Sequence record: PQ464590.1
Strand: one strand, 5' to 3'
Length of the DNA stretch: 64,000 bases
The notes under the pieces were generated by a model. The model saw nothing but the letters and a program-made list of their open reading frames with translations. It was not told the origin of the DNA and did no database searches. Of this stretch, positions 56,703-64,000 are shown piece after piece (within the stretch, counting starts at the first letter, position 1; each line of letters starts with the position of its first letter). A program made the translations under genes and the position numbers.

Positions 56703-58151
56703 TTATGCATTTTGGTATTTGTTCGCTTCGTATTCGTAGTGAACAGTTTCACCAAACGGTGCAATCTTCTTAGGGTTAGAGTGGATTACGAAGAGAGTCT
56801 TACAGTAATCTTTATCGCCCCATGACTGCCACGGTTCACCGTCTGTGAACATAATCAGTTGTTTTGGTTTGTAGTTGTCATTCTTCATGTGAGTCCAAAC
56901 GGCCTCGAAGTCTGTACCACCACCACCATGTACTGGATATTCGAGAATTTTCTTCTCTTCACCAGTTTTGTAGTCACGTACTGTATATACTTGAGTATCA
57001 AACGTCATGATACGAATCTTGAACTGTTTGAACTGCTTAGTAATACCTAGTACTTCACCGATAAAATCACGTAGCATTTCATTACTGATACTACCTGATG
57101 CATCAAGTGCAATTGCAATGTCAATGTCGTCATCTGGTTTCAGACCTGGGAAGATCGGAGAACCAAAGAACGAACCACTATGACCAAAACCGTTACTCCA
57201 TGAACGACGACTTGGGTTCGAGAAAATAACATCCGATTTCAAGTACGAACGCAGAGTACGTTGCAGTTTAGAACGCCAATCGATTTTCGGTGCTTTGAAT
57301 GTATCAATCATACGTGCGATTTCAGCAGGTGTTCCGCCAGCACGTGCAGCATTCATCATAGCAGTTTTGAAATCTTCCATGTATTCACGACGCTTAGCGT
57401 CTGAAATGTCGTTACCATCAGCATCTTTCTGTGCTTCTTGTGGTACGTCATGTTGGTCGATTGTGCCGCCTTTTCCTTTTCCTTTACCTTTCTTCTTGGA
57501 CTTCTTACCGTTCCCGTTGCCGGAACCGTTACCATCACCGTCCTGGTCGTCACCTTCACCTTCACCTTCTTCGTCACCTTCGCCGTCCTGCTGCTCTTTC
57601 TTCTCTTCGTCTTCGAGAATCTTGTAAATCTCTTCAGCAGTCATACCATCAAATTTAGGATCGAATAGCCATGAAGATTGAATCTGACCAATCTTATCAC
57701 GTACCAGAATCTGGTTGATTGCGTAGTCAGCAGCCTTATTATACAGCTTAGGATCACGCATACCGCGACGTAGGAAGTGATCGTAAGCACAGTGCAGGAT
57801 TTCATGACACAGTACTGCGATAAGGTTCGCATCACTTAGACCATTGAGAATATCATTGATCTGCTCTGTTGTCACGTCATCAATAGACTCACGGAGTGCT
57901 TCTTCGTATTTTTCACGGTCTTCTTGATTCTGAAGACCCATAACGAATTCAACGTTGTAGTAAAGGTGCTTACCATCTACTGCCATAGTACGACACCAAG
58001 TATCGTTAGGTACTGGACGTAGACGTGATGCAAGAACACCAAAGAATGGGAAAGTCAGCATCAGTGAAGTACGTGCCAGAATTAGACGGTCGTTACATTC
58101 TTTCAGTACTGACTCAGGAAGTTTACGAGCTAGATGATCGTGTTTTGCCAT
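56703..58151 (-). CDS. Metallopeptidase-like plus vWA domain protein (DUF2201-like)
   Basis: TMAVDG..LYYN, HEILH (HExxH), N.AADYAIN, acidic/Gly linker, DW...L, MIDAS DASGS and GGGGTDF..V motifs. Confidence 0.88.
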   Translation of the reverse strand: MAKHDHLARKLPESVLKECNDRLILARTSLMLTFPFFGVLASRLRPVPNDTWCRTMAVDGKHLYYNVEFVMGLQNQEDREKYEEALRESIDDVTTEQINDILNGLSDANLIAVLCHEILHCAYDHFLRRGMRDPKLYNKAADYAINQILVRDKIGQIQSSWLFDPKFDGMTAEEIYKILEDEEKKEQQDGEGDEEGEGEGDDQDGDGNGSGNGNGKKSKKKGKGKGKGGTIDQHDVPQEAQKDADGNDISDAKRREYMEDFKTAMMNAARAGGTPAEIARMIDTFKAPKIDWRSKLQRTLRSYLKSDVIFSNPSRRSWSNGFGHSGSFFGSPIFPGLKPDDDIDIAIALDASGSISNEMLRDFIGEVLGITKQFKQFKIRIMTFDTQVYTVRDYKTGEEKKILEYPVHGGGGTDFEAVWTHMKNDNYKPKQLIMFTDGEPWQSWGDKDYCKTLFVIHSNPKKIAPFGETVHYEYEANKYQNA

Positions 58152-58174
58152 TGTATTAGTTTCCTCAGTTGATT

Positions 58175-58198
58175 AAAAGGGAGAACATATGTTCTCCC
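58175..58198 (-). terminator. Hairpin/terminator between the AAA and vWA genes
   Basis: 20-bp perfect palindrome GGGAGAACATATGTTCTCCC followed by TTTT on the minus strand. Confidence 0.6.
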
Positions 58199-58205
58199 AG
58201 ATACA

Positions 58206-59534
58206 TTACGCTAGTGAGCGTGCTTTACGGACTAATTCGCTGTACTTCTTCACGAACGGCTGGAACGCTGGAACTTCTTTATAAGAAATCGCAACTTTAG
58301 CCTGGGTGATGGTACGAATTGCTAGTACCGACAGTTCAGCTTGTGTAGCAGAGAAGTTATGCTCCAGGAACACAATGAAGTTGTTCGCTAGTTCACCCCA
58401 CTCTTCAACGCTTAGGCGTTTTTCCATCTTCTCATTGTACAGGTCAATGATCTTATACACTAGGTTCAGTGCAATGAAGTAGTTGGAGGAGATATCCAGA
58501 TTCTTGTCAATCTCTTTGATTTGACCAGTTAGAATCTTCATGGTATCTGGTAGCTTAGCTACGTTCTCAACGTACTCGATGTACTCAACTGCGATACCGT
58601 CAGTGATACGACCTGCAACCATCGCACGGTAAATCTCTTTGTCCAGAAGACCTTTACTGTTTAGATCTTCGTACTCAGCAACCTTTTCCCATGAACGAGG
58701 TGAAGTACCACCAGCGTGAGAAGGGTTGTTCGGGTCTAGCGTGTTGAAGTGCTTAGCACCAGTATTACTGATGAATGCAACAGTTGCCGCGTTTAGACGT
58801 TTGCCGATTGCGTAGTCATCAATCCAATCCTGATGGTAAGGAACAACTTCGATGTGAGTCATACGGTCACGTAGCGGAGTTGCTAGAGTGAACGTTACAC
58901 CACCATCGGTATCACGGTTCCCTGCTGCCAGAATCAGTGCAGTCTTAGGCAGTTTCATCTCACCAACACAACGGTCGAGGATTAGCTGGTAAGACGCTGC
59001 CTGAACGATTGGCATTGCGGAGTTGATTTCGTCAAACAGAATCACGCCTTTCCAATCTTCTGGTAGTTTCAGTACTTTTGGTGCTGCCCAAACTACTGCG
59101 GTTTCAGAAACATATTCTTTTGCTTCTGCTAGCTCGGATTCCATCAGTAGCTGACCGTTAGTTTTACGGAAAAGCTTCTCTGGAACCGGAATACCACGTA
59201 GGTCAGTCGGTTCAATCTGTGATAGACGGAAGTCGATGAAGTTCGTATCCTGGTCAATCAGTTTAGAGTTTAGAGTATCGTACTCACGTTGTAGTGCTTT
59301 CTTATCATCACCTTCTGCTTCAGCAATTGCTTGCAGTAGGAAAGTTAGACGACCTTCGTTGTCCTTACGTAGTGGATAGTTCTCATCTGCGTACTGACGT
59401 GCGATAGCGGATTTACCGATACCAGGGGAACCCCAAATCATTAGACTGTCTAGACACATATCCGCAGCAGCCATTGCTTTTTTAGCTTGCTTAGGAGTTA
59501 GTTTGGTGTTTAGCATATCAACTTGGTTAGTCAT
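58206..59534 (-). CDS. MoxR-like AAA+ ATPase
   Basis: Walker A GSPGIGKS, D.RLSQIEPTDLRG.P, Walker B LFDEIN.A, AAGNR, PLRDRM and SPRSWE motifs; paired with the vWA gene. Confidence 0.9.
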   Translation of the reverse strand: MTNQVDMLNTKLTPKQAKKAMAAADMCLDSLMIWGSPGIGKSAIARQYADENYPLRKDNEGRLTFLLQAIAEAEGDDKKALQREYDTLNSKLIDQDTNFIDFRLSQIEPTDLRGIPVPEKLFRKTNGQLLMESELAEAKEYVSETAVVWAAPKVLKLPEDWKGVILFDEINSAMPIVQAASYQLILDRCVGEMKLPKTALILAAGNRDTDGGVTFTLATPLRDRMTHIEVVPYHQDWIDDYAIGKRLNAATVAFISNTGAKHFNTLDPNNPSHAGGTSPRSWEKVAEYEDLNSKGLLDKEIYRAMVAGRITDGIAVEYIEYVENVAKLPDTMKILTGQIKEIDKNLDISSNYFIALNLVYKIIDLYNEKMEKRLSVEEWGELANNFIVFLEHNFSATQAELSVLAIRTITQAKVAISYKEVPAFQPFVKKYSELVRKARSLA

Positions 59535-59665
59535 GTTATTTCGTTCCTTTTGTTTAGGTAGTGTAAAAGTTTTTCGTATTATACCATATCCACTGGCAAA
59601 AGAGAAGGCACTTTTGATTTTAATCTTCAGTGCCTTGTAGAAATCCGTTCTATCTCTTAATTCGT

Positions 59666-59695
59666 ATTATATCACATTTTTTGAGTTCATCTCAA
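59666..59695 (-). promoter_or_regulatory. Conserved phage promoter, copy 5 (drives the MoxR-vWA pair)
   Basis: TTGAGATGAACTCAAAAAATGTGATATAAT. Confidence 0.7.
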
Positions 59696-60066
59696 ATATA
59701 AATGAGAAATAATTTTTCAAAGTCGTCACAACAAAATGTCAGTTCAGTTACTACAATCGCATCAGAGATGAAGATGTTGTAACCTTCAACATAATACGGT
59801 GTTTTGCAAATCCTGTCAAGCGATAAAAACAGTACTGAACGATTCATATCTCTTGGTAATGGAATTGATGTGAACTCATAGAGTTTGTTGTCTTTACACA
59901 AGTCTCTTCCGAAATCACTCAATCTCATTCCCCCACCTGCTCTGTAGTTGAAGAATATTGACTTCAAGAGCAATCTATCAGTGAGGTCAGAATCTGGTTC
60001 GTAGACTGTTCGCACATTCGCTAATACATCTAATTGAAACTCAGTGCTATCAGTCTGTGGTATCAT
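59692..60066 (-). CDS. Hypothetical protein (124 aa)
   Basis: ORF coupled to the upstream operon; GG.RL..FG motif; no recognised family. Confidence 0.7.
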   Translation of the reverse strand: MIPQTDSTEFQLDVLANVRTVYEPDSDLTDRLLLKSIFFNYRAGGGMRLSDFGRDLCKDNKLYEFTSIPLPRDMNRSVLFLSLDRICKTPYYVEGYNIFISDAIVVTELTFCCDDFEKLFLIYI

Positions 60067-60067
60067 A

Positions 60068-60505
60068 TTATGGACCTACAAAACCATTCCGTTCAGCATA
60101 GGAAGAACCAGATTTTTTCTCGTAGTGTTGTTTACCAGAACTATCGATTTTCGGTCCCATACCACCAGCACCATATTCGTTGCCATCAATTTTATCGAGC
60201 GGCATAAGTTCTTCTTGAACTACGTCGTCTTGATGAGATGTACTATACCCTGCTCCGTGGAGACTGTCAAGCGTTTGTTTCACATTTTTTAGAGATTTTA
60301 AAAATTCATCGTAGTCTTCGATTTCTTCTGAACTGATTGCATCTATAACTCCGCGAATGGAGATGACAATTTCCTTCAAAAGATCTTGAGGGGAGAGTTC
60401 CTCTTCGGAACTCTCTTCTTCAGACTCAACACCAATCTCTTCAACTTCTTCCTCGTTCATAATCCCTTCAAGTGATTCAACGAGTGATCGGTAATCGTAT
60501 TCCAT
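60068..60505 (-). CDS. Acidic protein, probable internal head protein
   Basis: D/E-rich; LVE-SL cleavage-like motif at the N-terminus. Confidence 0.6.
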   Translation of the reverse strand: MEYDYRSLVESLEGIMNEEEVEEIGVESEEESSEEELSPQDLLKEIVISIRGVIDAISSEEIEDYDEFLKSLKNVKQTLDSLHGAGYSTSHQDDVVQEELMPLDKIDGNEYGAGGMGPKIDSSGKQHYEKKSGSSYAERNGFVGP

Positions 60506-60506
60506 A

Positions 60507-61694
60507 TTACCGTCCTTTCATGTAAGCATTAAAGCGAGCATTAATACTCTCAAGGATGTCTTCTAGCTTATCGTCTTCTTCTTCATTCTCTTCATTACCT
60601 TCTGGAGAGAACTCACCGTCTTCAGATTCTGCTAGAGGGTTATCACCTAGTGCAGTGCCTGGAGTACGTTTGAATGGATGACGTGAATTTTCGATACCAG
60701 CAGTATCAACCATACTTGGATCTGGCTCGTTGTCAAGTTCTTCTTCAAGGTTACGCCTCCAGTAGAATCCATCAGCACCTGGAATAACAACGAAGTGTTC
60801 ATATTCAGTTCCGTTTGTTAGTTTCATTGCATCATGTACTGCTGCACTGTGAGAACGGAACGGACCATGCTCTTTCGAGTCAACTACGTGATGGTCATCA
60901 CCGAAATCACGACGATCATCAGAATCTTCATTTGTTGGTTGGCGGGTTGCTCTCCAGTAGTAACCATCTTTACCTTGATTTACTTCAAAGTGTTCAAATT
61001 CAGTACCATCCGTGACACGCATAGCATCTGCAACTGCACGGTCATGAGAGCGGAATGGTCCATGCTCTTTGGAATCAACAATGTGATGATCATCTCCAAA
61101 ATCACGATGGTCGTCTTCTTGAATTGCCTCAGCATCTTCATCTAAAGATAAATCAGGTAGAAGTGCTTCATCAATTACATCTTTGCCAGCTTCTTCTTCA
61201 TCATCTTCAATTGATTCTGCATCATCCATAATACCATCAGCAGCTTCATCTTCATCAGCCTCTAGGCTTTCACCTAAACCAGCTAGTGAAGACATACGAT
61301 CCATATCGAATTCGTCATCAGCACTGAAATCATCTTCAGCATCCAATTCTAATGCAGGTTGACCATCTAAGTCAAGAGAAACTTCATCGTCAGCACCAAA
61401 ATCAGTAACTGTGCCAGCAAGATCATCAACTGCTGCACCTAGTTCTGCTGCACCGTCAGCCGGAGAATCAGGAGCCATTGCATCTGCTGGGTTCATGATA
61501 GGTTGGGTTTCATCACCAGAGGAATCAAAGTCAAATGGTTCCATTTTTGGCAATTCAGAGAATCCAGGGTTCATACCACCCTCAGATTCAGCTTGCCCTG
61601 CGAGGGCAAGCATACGGGATAGTGTCTCAAAGTCACTTGATTCTAACCCATTTACGTCAAGCTTGATAGATGCTTCATTGATTTTATTTTTCAT
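60507..61694 (-). CDS. Highly acidic protein with a duplicated 65-aa His-rich module, probable internal head protein
   Basis: INE-A, LGE-S, LAE-S and ILE-S motifs; tandem DD(H/R)RDFGDDHH...YW modules. Confidence 0.65.
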   Translation of the reverse strand: MKNKINEASIKLDVNGLESSDFETLSRMLALAGQAESEGGMNPGFSELPKMEPFDFDSSGDETQPIMNPADAMAPDSPADGAAELGAAVDDLAGTVTDFGADDEVSLDLDGQPALELDAEDDFSADDEFDMDRMSSLAGLGESLEADEDEAADGIMDDAESIEDDEEEAGKDVIDEALLPDLSLDEDAEAIQEDDHRDFGDDHHIVDSKEHGPFRSHDRAVADAMRVTDGTEFEHFEVNQGKDGYYWRATRQPTNEDSDDRRDFGDDHHVVDSKEHGPFRSHSAAVHDAMKLTNGTEYEHFVVIPGADGFYWRRNLEEELDNEPDPSMVDTAGIENSRHPFKRTPGTALGDNPLAESEDGEFSPEGNEENEEEDDKLEDILESINARFNAYMKGR

Positions 61695-61711
61695 GTTATA
61701 AATCCTTGTAA

Positions 61712-63214
61712 TTATTCATCACTACTATTTAATGCTTTCAAAATTTTGATAGCATCTTGTTCTTTCCCTGATAAAATCAAGTCCGCTGCTAGTAATGATA
61801 CTTTATCACCACGAGTCATCAGTACTGTAATCTTACGAGCTTTAGGGTGTGCTTTTATTTGTTGTGCTAGTGATTCTAATCCAGAATCAACGCCAGCTTG
61901 TGCAGGTTCTTCAGTACTGTTAGGTTCAGAAGGAGGGACATCTACTGGAGAATCTTGTACAACATCTTGTTGAACTTCTACTTCTTCAGCATCTTCTGGC
62001 TTATTAGCAGCACGCATCTTATCCAATATACCAGCAGCGGCACTTTTTGGTGCTAGTTTACCTTTAGAACTAATGAAACGGTCATCACCAACATAGGTAT
62101 ATTCGATTCCTTTTCCTGACTTCCACTTGTCACCAATCTTAACATCAGCAGTTTCATTATATTTGTCAATTTTAGCTTTAGCTGCACGATCAATACTCAT
62201 AGCAGCAGAACTATTCATAGGCTTTTTAGTTTGGGAACTAATCCATTGACCACCTTTTCGAATATACTGCACACCAGCACGAGAAGTAATAAGATATCCT
62301 TCTGGGATTTCAGTACTGGAACTCTCATCTCCTTCAGCTTCACGAACTTCTGAACGTTTTTCTTGACCATATCGACCCATTACTTGTGGTTGGAATGGTT
62401 TCTGAGAAGGTTTTTGTACTTTACCAGCATCTTGAATATCTTTCTCTGGTTTAGCACCAGTTAATGAAGGGAAGTCAGCAGGGTTTTTCTGTACAAATTG
62501 AATATATTGTTGTTTTACTGACTGTGCTTTTGCATCATCTAATACTACATTACCGTCATTATCGCAGAAGTTTTTACCATTCCACTCGGCTCGCATATTT
62601 TTGTCACGCAACATGATAGTACTGTTAACAGGTAGAACATCATTGCCAGTTTCATGACGTAACCAACGAGCTTGACGAATCCCTTCAGCCCATAATTTTT
62701 TAGTAAGTACGTTATCAGCAGTACTCCCATCTCTTAGACTCACAAAACGGGATTGTTTTGGAATAAAACGATATCCTTGAACTTCCAAACCAGCAGGGAT
62801 TGTAATATCTTCTGCATGTGGTGGAAGAATGAAGAAATTAAGAGCGTTCCACTCCTTGTCTAAGGTTTCCCGTGATACATCATAGACACGTTGATCATCT
62901 GCAATCACTTCACTAAGTACTGAAGATTCTGAAAGTAGAATACCATCCTCAGTGAAGCGATTTTTTCCAACATAAGTATAAGTCTTACCAGTGAAATTGA
63001 AGCTTTCTCCAATCATTCGAGTATTATTACGGTTATGTTCGATAATTTGTTTCTTAGCTGCCTCATTCATTTGGGGAGCTTTGTTTGGATCGATCATCTT
63101 CATATTCTTATGATTGAACCAAATTCCTTCAAAATAAATGTATTCGGAACCTTTATGTGAAGTGTAAATGTAGCCATTTGGTACTACTCTATTAGTACCG
63201 AAAAGATTTATCAT
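61712..63214 (-). CDS. Protein with a duplicated ~90-aa domain, probable virion protein
   Basis: Two copies of P.GY..TS..G..Y.....W........M......M/I..AAK..I..(H/Y)N....IG......G..YTYVG..RF. Confidence 0.65.
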   Translation of the reverse strand: MINLFGTNRVVPNGYIYTSHKGSEYIYFEGIWFNHKNMKMIDPNKAPQMNEAAKKQIIEHNRNNTRMIGESFNFTGKTYTYVGKNRFTEDGILLSESSVLSEVIADDQRVYDVSRETLDKEWNALNFFILPPHAEDITIPAGLEVQGYRFIPKQSRFVSLRDGSTADNVLTKKLWAEGIRQARWLRHETGNDVLPVNSTIMLRDKNMRAEWNGKNFCDNDGNVVLDDAKAQSVKQQYIQFVQKNPADFPSLTGAKPEKDIQDAGKVQKPSQKPFQPQVMGRYGQEKRSEVREAEGDESSSTEIPEGYLITSRAGVQYIRKGGQWISSQTKKPMNSSAAMSIDRAAKAKIDKYNETADVKIGDKWKSGKGIEYTYVGDDRFISSKGKLAPKSAAAGILDKMRAANKPEDAEEVEVQQDVVQDSPVDVPPSEPNSTEEPAQAGVDSGLESLAQQIKAHPKARKITVLMTRGDKVSLLAADLILSGKEQDAIKILKALNSSDE

Positions 63215-63226
63215 GATTGTCTCCTA

Positions 63227-63775
63227 TTATGACAGCATTGCTAGAAGCTGCTCACGTTCTGCTTGAGATAGAGCAGATAACTTAGCGTCTAGACCACCAG
63301 CTTCTGAATTTCCTTGTGCTGGAGCAGATTGTGCAGGCTGCTCAGTATTAGTACTGGAGCTTGGCTGTCCTTGTGGTTGTGGTTTAGCAGAATCATCACC
63401 TTGATTGTACTGTGCAGTTGTTTGTTTACGAGCAGCTTGTAGAAGAGCATTACCAACATCTTTAGGACTAAAAGAAAGATTCTGATTAGTTCCTAGAGCA
63501 GATGTATCTAGACCATTACTCTTGAAAAATGCTGCAACATCAGCGAAAGGTACAGAAGATTGTGCTTTACCATATTTACGTCCAATCATTCTTTTGAATT
63601 CTACCCATAGACGGTTAGCTAGTTCACCAGATTCTTTAGCTCCAGCTTCTACCTGACCAGAACCAAACATACCTTTAACTCCACCTTTAGCGGAATCAAT
63701 GGCTGATTGGGTACGAGAATACGGACGCTCATTCAACGGTTCCGCATCTTCAAATAGTTCGTTTAACATACTCAT
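63227..63775 (-). CDS. Hypothetical protein, probable internal head protein
   Basis: LNE-L and LNE-R motifs at the N-terminus; Q/P-rich linker near the C-terminus. Confidence 0.65.
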   Translation of the reverse strand: MSMLNELFEDAEPLNERPYSRTQSAIDSAKGGVKGMFGSGQVEAGAKESGELANRLWVEFKRMIGRKYGKAQSSVPFADVAAFFKSNGLDTSALGTNQNLSFSPKDVGNALLQAARKQTTAQYNQGDDSAKPQPQGQPSSSTNTEQPAQSAPAQGNSEAGGLDAKLSALSQAEREQLLAMLS

Positions 63776-63780
63776 TCGTA

Positions 63781-63999
63781 TTATCCTTTTTTACCATATC
63801 CAGCAGACATGAACTCTGCATAATTAGCTTTCTTTGCTCCTAGTTTATTTAGAGCATCCTGAACTGCATCTTCTGCACGTTCTTGTCCAGCGAGTTCCTG
63901 ACCTTCTGGTTCCGCTTTACCAAATGGTTCACTTAGTACTGGGATATATTCATCCAATTCTAGTTCATCAGCGGTTTCTAGTTCCATTTCAATTGGTTC
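63781..63999 (-). CDS. Acidic protein, 5'-truncated by the window edge
   Basis: The frame stays open upstream of ATG 63987 (EPIE...) to the edge, so the true start probably lies outside the window. Confidence 0.6.
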   Translation of the reverse strand, partial: EPIEMELETADELELDEYIPVLSEPFGKAEPEGQELAGQERAEDAVQDALNKLGAKKANYAEFMSAGYGKKG

Positions 64000-64000
64000 G

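Noticed and set aside
1-64000. Stop-codon reassignment (alternative genetic code)
   Set aside because: Standard-code ORFs are full length and tile the window, including the 10-kb gene; no genes are broken by in-frame TAG or TGA.
1-64000. tRNA or rRNA genes, integrase, transposase, inteins
   Set aside because: None recognised; intergenic gaps other than 10.36-11.1 kb are too short and are accounted for by promoters and terminators.

Overview
A 64 kb, AT-rich segment of a large T4-superfamily (myovirus) phage genome. By gene content and order it most resembles the GAP32/RaK2/121Q-type jumbo phages (inference, not database-checked). It holds a head module (portal gp20, two core proteins, protease gp21, scaffold gp22, capsid gp23) and a probable tape measure with a divergent gp26-like chaperone. 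It also holds endonuclease VII, gp46/gp47, late sigma gp55, a baseplate block (gp53, hub, gp5-like spike, lysozyme, gp25, gp6, a 3330-aa protein), ClpA, neck gp14/gp15, a Nudix hydrolase and tail fibres. The right end carries thyA with SLOG and MazG-like genes, a MoxR AAA+/vWA pair and a cluster of acidic probable internal head proteins. No tRNA, rRNA, CRISPR array, intron or intein was seen. The strongest unexplained signals are: (1) the palindrome CAGTACTG, iterated about 45 times by eye against <1 expected (HIP1-like); (2) a promoter-to-terminator ~460-nt structured non-coding transcript next to an origin-like repeat patch; (3) a lambda G/GT-style -1 frameshift site in the gp26-like chaperone; (4) a five-copy phage-specific promoter (TTGGGA-N18-TATAAT) that sits back-to-back with late promoters, including at gp55 itself.
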